DNA of 54,342 nucleotides from Octopus bimaculoides (taxonomy: Eukaryota). The translations under genes were made by a program, and so were the position numbers. Under the pieces are notes generated by a model. It did no database searches and was not told where the DNA came from. It was given only the letters and a program-made list of their open reading frames with translations. Shown here piece by piece: positions 38,301 through 50,424 of this stretch (positions are counted from its first letter, which is position 1; each line of letters opens with the position of its first letter). The stretch is taken from assembly GCF_001194135.2 (NCBI RefSeq), contig NC_068989.1:7504508-7558849 (forward strand), read 5' to 3'.

Positions 38301-38902
38301 TCCGGTTCAGGAACGTTCAAGCGGATGTGACGTCATCTGTCGAGGGGGCACGTCAGTTTATTCAGTGTGCTGAATATTTTCCTTGACCTTTTTTATAGTA
38401 TGACCCCCAGTTCTTTTCCTTCTTTACAATTTGCAGCCCCCTCTCTGTATGATTTCCCGTTCAAACCAGCTGTTTTTAGAATAAAGAGTCTTCCCTACCA
38501 CCCCTTACCCTATCCTGTCGTATCATCTCGCAATGAAAACATCCGAGCTTGTTTCTTTTCTCATGACACACGATCTGTAAAGAAATATTCTGGGTCTTAA
38601 GTCTAACCTTTTCATACAAGCTGACAATTAATTATAGATTATTGATGTCTCTATTTGTTTATGTGAAGTGCAAGACTTAACATAGGTTTTCTAGTATCTA
38701 GCAGGAACTGTTGTCAAGAGATAAGCTGTCAGTGAATGGAGCCCATGACCCTGTTTCCCATTTTTGGTTGTAGACAGTGCACATTACTTATTTTGTTAAT
38801 GCCATTGTAAAGCGAAGTGCACGAATGTTACAAAATCGCTTTATGAATCTTAAATCTGTGCTTATTTTCAACGGGGGAAGAGGTGGAAAGATTTTGATAA
38901 AA

Positions 38903-39213
38903 CTGGCTTAATGGTTAGGGTATTCGGCTCACGATCGCATGGTCGTGAGTTCAATTCTTGGCGGCACCTTATGTCCTTGAGCAAGACACTTTATTTCACG
39001 TTGCTCCAGTTCACTAAGCTGGAAAAAAAATGAGTTGTACCTGCATTTCAAAGGGCCAGCCTTGTCGCACTCTGTGTCACGCCGAATCTCCCTGAGAACT
39101 ACGTTAAGGGTACACGTGTCTGTAGAGTACTGGGCCACTTGCATGTTAATTTCACGAGCAAGCTGTTGCGTTAATCGGACCAACAACAACTCTTATCATC
39201 TTAACCGACGGAG
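38903..39213 (+). mobile_element. SINE F3 variant: tRNA head + CORE-like domain + F3 tail
   Basis: TGGCTTAATGGTTAGGG..GAGTTCAATTC; GTCCTTGAGCAAGACACTTTATTTCACGTTGCTCCAG; tail shared with 15604-15790. Confidence 0.85.
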
Positions 39214-39400
39214 CACGCCGGGCTATATGCTCGGCGGCATTTCGTTCGTCTTTATGTTTTGAGTTCAAATTCCGCCGAGGTCAATTTTACCTTCCATCCT
39301 TTTGGGGTCGATAAATTAAGTACAAGTGAAACAGTGGGGTCGATATAAACGTCTAGTCCCCTCCCCCAAACTTTCAGGCATCGTGCCTATATTAGAAAGG

Positions 39401-39444
<44 letters not shown>
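39209..39444 (+). mobile_element. SINE F1b lacking its 5' end, fused to the preceding F3 variant; (TTA)n tail
   Basis: GGAGC|ACGCCGGG junction; core and CCCTCCCCCAAACTTTCAGGC..TAGAAAGGATTATT tail. Confidence 0.8.
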
Positions 39445-40751
39445 CGTGTTTCATTCTTGAGAATTTATGTAAATTCACTGAAAACCGTCATTTTGGATCC
39501 GCTGTTGTGAAATTCTTTTCAAGCCTCACTGCGCCGAAATCAAATATACCCGGTTCCATGAACGTGCATTTGATACGCAAGATCCGAGTTAACTCGTTTT
39601 TGAGATTTGTGGTACTTTACGGAATTCCCCACATTTCATACGACGTAATACACACATTTTATTTTTACTAGCCAATAGAAAGAGGTTGCTGGAACTAATT
39701 TGCACATGATTAACTCGTTACATCACCAGCAAATGTTTAATCAGCACAAGGAGAGTTAATATTATCTAATAATGCTACCTGGGCCCTCTAATGAGTGTAG
39801 TTGAGTCTCGTATAATTATTTTTAGATAGGAATAAGAAGAAATTTTTCAAGCATCTCATCTAAACGCGAATATTCCCAAGGCGATGATAAGGTAATCCCT
39901 CCTCAAAAAACCAAAAGAACCCCTCCAAAAAACAACATAAAACGAAATTGGAGAGGAATCTTACAGTGAAAGAAGCTTTATAAAAGAGAGAAGAATGCAG
40001 TGTTTACAGTAAGGCAAATAAAAAGACAAAAAAAAATGGAGCAAATGTCATTTCAAGTTTGGGGTTTAAATCCTTAGTGAATTGTTACAGGTGAAGCATA
40101 GTTGTGTGGAAAGTCGTTAAATAAGGTGAATAATAAGGAAAAACACTAGAATTTAAGAAAATTCGTCATAGTTTGCGTTAGCGAAAAATGCTAAGATTAA
40201 AAAATCTGGGTAAGATCTGATGACGTGAGAAATTATGCTTGTTCGAATCGTCAGAACACGCCAATGTTAGTAACATATGCTGTTATAATATGAAGTTTAG
40301 CGATTGAGATACTAGTTTTGTTCCTTTGCTGTTAACTGTTCTTAACCTAGTTTTAAATGCTGTCGTCTACTGAAAAATTTTAATCTCACGAGTTACAATT
40401 ATAATCTATCATGTTTTGTTTATAGAAATATTCGATCTCTGTAGTACTTCATTCGCCAGTTTAAGCAATCATCCTCCGTTACTTACAATGGGGTATTCTA
40501 TATATTGATGCTATAATAACGATATCAAACAAAACGAACTATAGTGCTTATACCGTTGTTATTACAATGCTATTGTAAGGCTGATACGGTACCTCGGATT
40601 CTAGCTTGAATTTCAGCCCCTCAAAAAGTAGTATCCATGTAATAGTCGACACCATAAATTTTACCTTAAAAAATGGTCTAAAAAATTCGACTTTTACACG
40701 ACGTGTGAAAATATTTTAACAAACATGTTAGAAATACTTTGGTAGAATGTG

Positions 40752-40858
40752 TGATGAAAGGCAGAGTAGACTTCAGTGGAATTTGAACTCAGAACATAAA
40801 ACACAGACGAAATGCCGCTAAGTATTTTACCCGGCGCACAACCGGTTCTGCCAACTCG
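40752..40858 (-). mobile_element. SINE F1 head fragment
   Basis: GAAAGGCAGAGTAGAC..GGAATTTGAACTCAGAAC..GACGAAATGCCGCTAAG. Confidence 0.75.
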
Positions 40859-41829
40859 CGGTATTCGAAATATTTAATGTAGATTTTCTGTACACATTTT
40901 TCTGTACTCTTTGATTTAAATTTAAAACTTACAGACCCGCCTTAACTTCATTCAATCTCAAAGAGGTTGCCTCCTCTATGATAGATGATCGTCAGAGGTA
41001 CGCCATGGGTACAAATTGTAGAGTTTGCTGCAAAATATTAATGTCTAATTCTGACAGAAAGATTGATCCAGCGATCTGTGGCACTGAAACTTGAATCGCT
41101 CGTCAACAGTGTCTGTCGACTGATACTTGTGTGAACTGATACGCCTGATATGACTATATGTATATGAACTGAAATGGGGTCGGTGCTTTCGCGTACACGT
41201 GTGTGTTCTGAAATAACAGCGGGTGTCTGTGTGTCTGACACGTACTGACTGTATGCGTGTATGATATATGCGTATCGTGAAACTGAAGGTGTTTTTAAAC
41301 AGCGTCGTATATATGTTTGCGTGTGAGCGTATTTAGCTAAAAGTCTTTGTGTATATATTTGTGTGTGTGTGTGTACGTGTGTGCGGGTGTTCTTTCGAGA
41401 TGAGAGAGATTTTCAAGATAAGATCTAACCCACTTGATAACAAGACAACGTTATCGTGTTTTATGAGCGTTTGCACTCATTGAATTCTTCCCCATGAAAT
41501 CGAACTAAAAATACTATCAACTTTCTTTCGATAAAGTTTAGTGGGAAATGACACGATGTTTCGAATAAACAATTCCTTCCTCTTTCTTTCTTACTATTTC
41601 TCATAATTATTTAATGCGAAAGAACCCTCTCTCGTAAATAATGTATACACCCTCCTTAATATTTCCCTTTTTTTTTCAACGCTGTCTTATATTGTTTTAT
41701 TAGGCAGTTGTGGAGCATCGAATTGACTCCCAGCAATTTAGCTACATCCACATTTTAAATTCTCGCCAGGGTCCCGTTTACTTTTAATCTCATTCGGGAG
41801 TCGTTGTCAATAAAATTATTCATGGCTGC

Positions 41830-42045
41830 CAGGCGGCCAGCAGACAGATTTGTTAGCACGCCGGGCAAAATGCTTAGTCGCATTTCGTCTGTTTTTATTT
41901 TCTGGGTTCAAATTCCATCAAGGTTGACTTTGCCTTTCATCCTTTCGAGCTCGATAAAATAAGTACCAGTTGAGTGAGTACTGGGGCTAATGTAATCGAC
42001 TTACCCCACCCCGCCCCGAAATTGTTGGTCTTGTGCCAAAATTTA
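41830..42045 (+). mobile_element. SINE F1b
   Basis: GTTAGCACGCCGGGCAAAATGCTTAG..GGGTTCAAATTCC..GACTTTGCCTTTCATCCTTTCG..GATAAAATAAGTACCAG. Confidence 0.85.
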
Positions 42046-42065
42046 CAATCAGAATTATTCATGAC

Positions 42066-42367
42066 TCTGTGGTTAAGAAGCTCACTTTGAAACCATGTGA
42101 TTTCAAGTTCAATCCCACCGCAAATGATTCCCATGGTTTTGAGTTCAGTTTCACTGCGTGAAACCTTGGGAAAGTGACTTCTACTACAGCTCGGGACCGA
42201 CCAATGCCTTATAACTGAACTTGGTAGACGAAAACTAAAAGAAGCCCGTCGTGTGCGCGTGTGTGTGCGGAGTATTTTGTCCCTCACCAACGGTTGAAAA
42301 CCGACGTCAGCTTCTTTACATACCCATAACTTAGCGACTCGGCAAAAGCCACCTATAGAATAAATAC
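42066..42367 (+). mobile_element. Degenerate SINE F2 with partly duplicated B-box region
   Basis: GTGGTTAAGAAGC..CCTTGGGAAAGTGACTTCTACTA..GACCGACCAATGCC..GAAGCCCGTCG..CGGCAAAAG. Confidence 0.7.
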
Positions 42368-42672
42368 ATCGTTTGTTAATACAGTGCCGGGCCTCTTATC
42401 CGGCTTCCAGAAATCTAGAAATACTGTGTAGTACCGAGTGACGTAATGTATCCTGCATTGAGTAAACAGTTTTTGAAGTTGGTTAATTTGCATACGGTGA
42501 GTTACAAAGAATTTTGTCCTTTACTTTTTCAAGTACATTGACAAAAATTAAACATATTCTGCTTTAGATGTCTATTAATTTGTATCTATATCTGTTAAGG
42601 AAAATCGTGTTCTTTACTTTTCTTTGTTTACTTTTCATTCTATAAGCATTGTACTGCATGTATGGCAAAGTA

Positions 42673-42881
42673 CAGTACCGTGCAAAAGTGAGGTGGCTGA
42701 AAACTCTTCCCCTCTCATTCAGAACCCCTACTACAAAATATAATGATCAGGTATGGAAATGACTCCAACAGGGCCAATGTTTCATCTGTAAAAAACGCAA
42801 TGCGAAACATCTATTTATAAGTTGGCAATTAATAGAAACTTACAATAGTTTAGAATGGCCGGAGATTTTTGCACGGCACTG
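42673..42881. mobile_element. 209-bp Tc1/mariner-type MITE
   Basis: TIRs CAGTACCGTGCAAAA and rc CAGTGCCGTGCAAAA (14/15); TA dinucleotide at 42671-42672 and 42882-42883. Confidence 0.85.
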
Positions 42882-42909
42882 TATGATATATATTGGTTTA
42901 AAAATATTT

Positions 42910-43110
42910 GTACAAGGCCAGGAATTTCGGGGCGGGGTGAAGGAAAGTCGATTAGATAGACATCAATGATCAATAGCTACCCATTTTATCGACCTCGAAA
43001 TGATAAAAGCATTGGCCGACCGCGGAGGAATTTGAACTCAGGACGCAGAAATTGACGAAATGCCAGTAATCATTTTTGACCAGCTTGTTAACGATTCTCG
43101 CAGCTCGTTG
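42910..43110 (-). mobile_element. Degenerate SINE F1b
   Basis: AAGGCCAGGAATTTCGGGG..AGTCGATT..TTTTATCGACC..GGAATTTGAACTCAG..GACGAAATGCC..TTAACGATTCT. Confidence 0.75.
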
Positions 43111-43756
43111 TCTGTGTAGTAGGATATATATTAAGAACTTTAAGTGCATTAATAAATATCAAACAAATCCTGTTTTAGGAGAGCATTAATTCGAATCTGT
43201 TAGATTATATTTAAGCTGTTTACTTTTCATAGTTCATTTTATATTCAAAGTAAGTATTTCGACTGTCTCAAGAAAACTTGAAAATCCAGATATCTGGGCA
43301 CTTCCGGCCCCAAGCTTGTCAGATAACTGGTCCAGTGACGTATTGCGATGTTGCTGTTACTGTAGTGTTGGTGGTGATGTTACCATAGAGTTGTCCTCGC
43401 TATACTATTGATTGTTATAATGTTGCTATAGTTTTCAATTTGTTGCTACTCTAGTATTCTCATTGTTTATTATTGATGCAGTTGTGGTGACCTTGTGCTC
43501 CTATTGATGTTGTTGTTGCTGTTGAAGGAGGAGTGACGTACAGCTGCACTGATAAAACACCAGCGAACAGAAAGTTTACGATGGACAAAGATATAAACGT
43601 GCACAATCCTTGTAAACAATTTCTTATTTCGAATAAGTAGCGACACTGGATAATGTCGTCTTGTCCTATTTCAGAGATAATATACATTTACATATTATAA
43701 TTGACTGGACATCGATGTTTGTATTCACAGACATGTACACATGTGTACGTACATAG

Positions 43757-43794
<38 letters not shown>

Positions 43795-43884
43795 ATGCAT
43801 ATATATATATGCATACATATATATATATACGTATATGCCTATTTCATATATAAATACTCTATCTATTTGTCCGTCTGTTTATTC

Positions 43885-43979
<95 letters not shown>

Positions 43980-44158
43980 CACACGCGTGCACACACATAC
44001 ACTCATGCATATATATACATACGCACATATATACATACGTACATATATACATACATATCTAAGTACATATATATGCACACACATATCTATATGCATATAC
44101 ATACATATATATATATCTATGTGCATATATACACACACATAACTATCTATGTGCGCAT

Positions 44159-44193
<35 letters not shown>

Positions 44194-44316
44194 GCTGCAT
44201 ATATACACNNNNNNNNNNNNNNNNNNNNNNNNNNNNNNNNNNNNNNNNNNNNNNNNNNNNNNNNNNNNNNNNNNNNNNNNNNNNNNNNNNNNNNNNNNNN
44301 NNNNNNTATATATATG

Positions 44317-44359
<43 letters not shown>

Positions 44360-44862
44360 ATATATATATATATATTTATATAAGTATACACACTTGTGTC
44401 TAGAGTAGAAGGGAATTATAGACTCTAATAGATTAATGCATATGTATATATGTATGTATTTATTTGTGTCTCTGTGTGTGTTTGTGCGTGTGTGTTAGTG
44501 TGTGTGTGTGTGTGTATGTGTATGTATGAGTACGCACGCACATAGATGTATGTATATGGAACGCTCTCACAAGCTGAAACAGGTGATGTATGTATAGATA
44601 TAGTTTTGTAAATATATTCCCGCTAAAAACATGGATTCATATCAAGAGAAAGGACATACAGTAATTGTAATTCAAGGTACATATAAAATAATATATGTAC
44701 CTTGACGTATTTTTCTACGTGAAATTCCGTTATGTGTGTGTGTGTGTGTGTGTGTGTGCGTGCGTGTGTGTGTATCTGTGTGTAAATTCCGAAAGGAATT
44801 CATAAGTGAATAAATTATAAATTGAAATAAAAGAATATATAAAAACCAGTGGTTCAGTTGTA

Positions 44863-45269
44863 TTTACTCTTTTACTCTTTTACTTGTTTCAGTCATTTGA
44901 CTGCGGCCATGCTAGAGCACTGCCTTTAGTCGAGCAAATCGACCTCAAGACTTATTCTTTGTAAGCCTAGTACTTATTCTATCGGACTCTTTTGCCGAAC
45001 CGCTAAGTTACGGGGACATAAACACACCAGCATCGGTTGTTAAGCGATGTTAGGGTGACAGACACAGACACACTAACATACACGCATACACACATATACA
45101 TATATACACATATATACGACGGGCTTCTTTCAGTTTCTGTCTACCAAATCCACTCACAAGGCTTTGGTCGGCCCGAGACTATAGCAGAAGACACTTGCCC
45201 AAAGTGCCACGCAGTGGGACTGAACCCGGAACCATGTAAGCTACTTACCACACAGCCACTCCTACGTCT
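44863..45269 (-). mobile_element. SINE F2, full length and least diverged (reference copy)
   Basis: tRNA-like head (GAGTGGCTGTGTGGTAAG..GGGTTCAGTCCC), CORE-like GGCACTTTGGGCAAGTGTCTTC, internal (CA/TA) tract, tail ending (GTAAAAGA)n. Confidence 0.92.
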
Positions 45270-45392
45270 ATTATAAAAAGATTTACTTAAGATTCTTTTC
45301 TTATTCAGTTACATAATTTGCTTTACCTACCATGGCCAAGATTCTATTTTAAGTATTGAATATTTTGCATTTTCTATCGACTCCGTGTTTAC

Positions 45393-45533
45393 CAAATGCT
45401 CCACTGATTCTCTGGGTTTCTCAGCTTGTGGCATCTCAACTTCGTAAGGAGTTTCTCTGGTTTGGCTGTAGCCTTTTGCAGACGGCTGATCTGCTCGGTT
45501 ACAACGAGATGCATCTTGATACGTATTAAATGT
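45393..45533 (-). CDS. Candidate exon (141 bp, symmetric), host gene unidentified
   Basis: Acceptor CTTTCCCTCCCAG|ACAT, donor TTTG|GTAAAC. Two open frames: HLIRIKMHLVVTEQISRLQKATAKPEKLLTKLRCHKLRNPENQWSI or TFNTYQDASRC..SVEHL. Lies within the 102-aa ORF 45389-45697. Confidence 0.35.
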
Positions 45534-45765
45534 CTGGGAGGGAAAGTTTGTTTAATGTTTTGCAAACCTTTTGGGAGACAGTTGTTCATCTGATGACCTT
45601 TAAATACCAATCTGCTGCTGTATATGTACCTGATGTGAGTCTCAAGAAGTGAGTGTTCTGATCTGACAGTATCTCCCATACGTCTTGTTTTCTCCATCGA
45701 AAAGTTCGGAACAAGATTTACGAAAATCTTTCACATGAACAAATATAATAATATCGTCCTTTCTT

Positions 45766-45805
<40 letters not shown>

Positions 45806-45850
45806 CCTATCTATCTCCTCTCTCTTTCAGTATATACATACAACCCACCC

Positions 45851-45971
<121 letters not shown>

Positions 45972-47244
45972 ATATAGTATTACTTGTGTAAATACTTGAT
46001 CTGTGAAAAAATAATGCAAGAAAGTGTTTCCTTGAAGAACTGTTGTGGTTCAGCAGCCAATTGCCCTTTGAATACCTACTGCAGAAGATGCAAAATAAAC
46101 ACAATGTTGAAACGTACGTAGGGAACAAATGATATAAACTGCATCTTGTTTATCACACCTCCCCCATACACACATACATATATATATAGATAGGTGAGTT
46201 CCGCAAAAAATTTAGATTCAGGTGAATATCGTACTTAAGTTTAGGCACCAGAATTTAGTATGGCATTATCCATACAGTTTCGAAATAAGGTGATTAACAT
46301 CAAAATAAGCAACGAAGATATCCAGAGGTAATGCACGACGACGATGGCGACGACGACGACGACGACGACCACCACCACCACCNNNNNNNNNNNNNNNNNN
46401 NNNNNNNNNNNNNNNNNNNNNNNNNNNNNNNNNNNNNNNNNNNNNNNNNNNNNNNNNNNNNNNNNNNNNNNNNNNNNNNNNNNNNNNNNNNNNNNNNNNN
46501 NNNNNNNNNNNNNNNNNNNNNNNNNNNNNNNNNNNNNNNNNNNNNNNNNNNNNNNNNNNNNNNNNNNNNNNNNNATCGTCGGTTGTCGGCATTCGTCGCC
46601 GTCCCCGTCTTCTCCGTTATTATCGACATCGTCGTCGTCGTCGTCATCACCACCATTATCCTCCTCGTCATCATTATCACCATCGTCATCATCATCATCG
46701 TCATCATCGTCATCACCCTGCTCTGACTATTTCTGAGTTTTAAGAAATAAAGAGCTGATCTCGTTCCATGTCGTCACCTCCGCTATCACCGCCATCTCTC
46801 ACCACCACTCTCATCCTTCTTCTCATCACTCACACATCAACACTGTTCTCCGTATAATTAACAGCACCATTAACGTCTTCATTACTATCTGCGTCAAAAT
46901 CATCATCACCAACATCTTCCTCTTCCTCACCATCCTCATCGTCACCATCACTATCACCATCACGATTACCACCATCTCCACCACCGCCACCATAGCAACC
47001 ACAACAACAACATCGATAAGACTGAAAGAAATTCATGACCGTGGGTTTGTTTATGCATGTCTATGACTCTCAAGCGCTTTAAGGGAGTCATCCCCACCGC
47101 GCTAACTGCAGCGTAACGGCAAAAAAAGCAAAACATATACATTGTGCATTTGCGGTCGATAATGTTTACAACGCTAGCGCTGTTTCTAATTCATAATTGA
47201 ATATATTCACTTCCTCGGATATCATCATATGAAAGCACGAGCAT

Positions 47245-47277
<33 letters not shown>

Positions 47278-48484
47278 NNNNNNNNNNNNNNNNNNNNNNN
47301 NNNNNNNNNNNNNNNNNNNNNNNNNNNNNNNNNNNNNNNNNNNNNNNNNNNNNNNNNNNNNNNNNNNNNNNNNNNNNNNNNNNNNNNNNNNNNNNNNNNN
47401 NNNNNNNNNNNNNNNNNNNNNNNNNNNNNNNNNNNNNNNNNNNNNNNNNNNNNNNNNNNNNNNNNNNNNNNNNNNNNNNNNNNNNNNNNNNNNNNNNNNN
47501 NNNNNNNNNNNNNNNNNNNNNNNNNNNNNNNNNNNNNNNNNNNNNNNNNNNNNNNNNNNNNNNNNNNNNNNNNNNNNNNNNNNNNNNNNNNNNNNNNNNN
47601 NNNNNNNNNNNNNNNNNNNNNNNNNNNNNNNNNNNNNNNNNNNNNNNNNNNNNNNNNNNNNNNNNNNNNNNNNNNNNNNNNNNNNNNNNNNNNNNNNNNN
47701 NNNNNNNNNNNNNNNNNNNNNNNNNNNNNNNNNNNNNNCTTTGCTCGAAACGTAAAACCACCTTTCTTTCCTTCCCTGAGAGTCTGCTAATACTTTACAT
47801 GTACCACGTCCACGCGCTGTTGTTTTTATGTGTTTGTTCTTCATTTTTGTTTTATATTTACTATATATATATATATATTTACAATAATAATTAATTGTCG
47901 CTGATAAAATTTTGTCACGCATACGAACTGCTCTGTCAGTTATGATGACGATGACAAACGGTTTGTAATTTCGTCACAAGGAGAGCGATTTTGAAGGATG
48001 GTAGAGAGGTCAGGCCACACCATCAATTTCAATATTTAACTGGTACATGATTTCATTGATCACAAAACGACGAAAAGCAAAACTGATCTCAGCGGTATTC
48101 GATGTCAACTTTGCTTTTCTACCTTCAGAGATCGATACATAACATACCAGTGAAGTGTTGTATAGGGATGGAATCAAGGAAGCAAATTTTAGTTTGTCCC
48201 ACTTCTCTTCCTTTAATAGAATTTATATTATTCATTTATTTTGTAGCTCTTTCAATATCTTGAGTATATTTTGTTTTATTTATTTTGCAGACGACTTAGT
48301 CCCCCTATCGTCTGCTTCAGTGAAAAATTTATCACAACATTGAAATGTTCTGCTGTGATTATTTCCCAACAGCTGTCGGTGTTAATGATTAGGGAAACAT
48401 TATTCTTGAATTACTCTCCTTTAACAACTTAATCTTTTTCAATTCTTTCAGGAAAACTCTAGCCTGTCTCTTTCTACTGACAAA

Positions 48485-48560
<76 letters not shown>

Positions 48561-49918
48561 ACAAACACACACACACNNNNNNNNNNNNNNNNNNNNNNNN
48601 NNNNNNNNNNNNNNNNNNNNNNNNNNNNNNNNNNNNNNNNNNNNNNNNNNNNNNNNNNNNNNNNNNNNNNNNNNNNNNNNNNNNNNNNNNNNNNNNNNNN
48701 NNNNNNNNNNNNNNNNNNNNNNNNNNNNNNNNNNNNNNNNNNNNNNNNNNNNNNNNNNNNNNNNNNNNNNNNNNNNNNNNNNNNNNNNNNNNNNNNNNNN
48801 NNNNNNNNNNNNNNNNNNNNNNNNNNNNNNNNNNNNNNNNNNNNNNNNNNNNNNNNNNNNNNNNNNNNNNNNNNNNNNNNNNNNNNNNNNNNNNNNNNNN
48901 NNNNNNNNNNNNNNNNNNNNNNNNNNNNNNNNNNNNNNNNNNNNNNNNNNNNNNNNNNNNNNNNNNNNNNNNNNNNNNNNNNNNNNNNNNNNNNNNNNNN
49001 NNNNNNNNNNNNNNNNNNNNNNNNNNNNNNNNNNNNNNNNNNNNNNNNNNNNNNNNNNNNNNNNNNNNNNNNNNNNNNNNNNNNNNNNNNNNNNNNNNNN
49101 NNNNNNNNNNNNNNNNNNNNNNNNNNNNNNNNNNNNNNNNNNNNNNNNNNNNNNNNNNNNNNNNNNNNNNNNNNNNNNNNNNNNNNNNNNNNNNNNNNNN
49201 NNNNNNNNNNNNNNNNNNNNNNNNNNNNNNNNNNNNNNNNNNNNNNNNNNNNNNNNNNNNNNNNNNNNNNNNNNNNNNNNNNNNNNNNNNNNNNNNNNNN
49301 ATATATATATATATATATATAAATGTGAGTGTATGGATATAGTCCACATATATTGTATGTTTCTCTTCGTTATTTATTTGTTCGACGCACGCGCGAACCA
49401 CTCAAAATTCCAATTAGCACAGGAATGTTTTGGTAATTTCTGAGGTGTCAATGTTATTGTGGTATCTCTTTCAGCAAATAAATGCATGTGTTCTCCTTGG
49501 ATTTCAATTTCATTACCCACCTTTCTTTCTCTTTATATATATACATATCCATCTCTATCTATCACGCCTGTCTTTCTCGCTCTCATTATCTCTATATTGT
49601 GTGTGTGCATATGTATGCGTTCGTTTGTGAATATGTGAGTGTAATAAAAAGAATTTACGTAAATCAAAAGTAAAAATTAAAGAAAGAAAATAAAAGAGTA
49701 CTCGATACAGATGTATAGTAAAACACATGTATTGATACAATCTTGATATAGTCCAGAACATCGCTATTGAGAATCCCATATCTAGATTATTTTAGAGTGT
49801 CGAAAAATAAAGTGATGACGGTTCTTTTATGGAGAAAGAGACGGTCATAAATAAGCAATTCCATAGAAAGGCCACCACTCTGTTTACAGAAGGGAAACAG
49901 TCAACGTGGAACTGTCAC

Positions 49919-50022
49919 CTTACAAATGGTATCGTGCATACTCTTTTCCCTAAATCTTGTGTAACCAGATCAGACAAGCTCGGACATGCTTGTATGACAA
50001 GATCAGAAAATGCAGTTCCTAT
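49919..50022 (-). CDS. Candidate exon (99 or 104 bp; IGTAFSDLVIQACPSLSDLVTQDLGKRVCTIPF)
   Basis: Acceptor TTCTAATATACCCAG|ATAG with branch-like CTAAT; donors TTT|GTAAGG or AAG|GTGACA; only one frame is open. Confidence 0.35.
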
Positions 50023-50049
50023 CTGGGTATATTAGAAGCCCGCCTATTG

Positions 50050-50424
50050 CAGTTCTGTACTTAAGAGATGAGAATTTATGTGCATTGTTTACATTATTCA
50101 CATTATTTACATTCAACAGATATTTGTCCTCATCTTGTTTGTTGTTAACACAAACGCCATATGTTAACACAAACCCCATATGCCAACGGGCATATGGCGT
50201 AGTGGTTAAGAGCGCGGGCTACTAACCCCAAGATTCTGAATTCGATTCCAAGCAGTGACCTGAACAATAATAATAATAATCGAAAAATACCTTAGGAATG
50301 AGAACCCAGGTTCGAAATTTCCCCAAGACACCTGAAGAAGGCTGGAGGGTATATCAACCGAAATGTTGTGTTAATAAACAAGATGAGGACAAATATCCGT
50401 TGAATGTAAAAAATGTAAATAGAA
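50050..50424 (+). mobile_element. Family F4 complete insertion with 5' inverted tail and 11-bp TSD
   Basis: TSD CCCGCCTATTG at 50039-50049 and 50425-50435; inverted tail 50050-50153; head 50188-50260 (A box TGGCGTAGTGG 50195-50205, B box 50238-50249); (TAA)n; hammerhead region; AATGTAAA tail. Confidence 0.92.
50327..50372 (+). ncRNA. Hammerhead motif, degenerate copy
   Basis: GACAC CTGAAGA A GGCTG..CAACC GAAA TGTT GTGTT: a stem II mismatch, and AACGTT changed to AATGTT. Confidence 0.6.

Larger units (their letters stand above)
42379..43340. mobile_element. Possible pogo/Tigger-like non-autonomous element hosting nested insertions
   Basis: Left TA+CAGTGCCGGGCCTCTTATCCGG; right ATCCAGATATCTGGGCACTTCCGGCCCCAAGCTTGTCAGATAA resembles (from recall) Tigger4/Zombi-type 3' ends; TIR match is degenerate. 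Confidence 0.35.

Noticed and set aside
40645-40700. TAGTCGAC..AAATTCGACTTTTACACGA as a Tc2-like transposon end
   Set aside because: Terminal TIR bases and the partner end are missing.
43460-43687. 75-aa minus ORF with a hydrophobic segment
   Set aside because: Acceptor plausible, but no clear donor; the ORF ends in a (CAA)-rich repeat.
50220-50232. TACTAAC branch-point consensus followed by AG in the F4 head
   Set aside because: It coincides with the anticodon-like loop, is not conserved in the 35.8-kb copy (TACTAGC) and has no pyrimidine tract.
50188-50260. tRNA gene-like sequences (also F1-F3 heads)
   Set aside because: A and B boxes are present, but there is no complete cloverleaf, and each continues into SINE body sequence; these are SINE heads, not tRNA genes.
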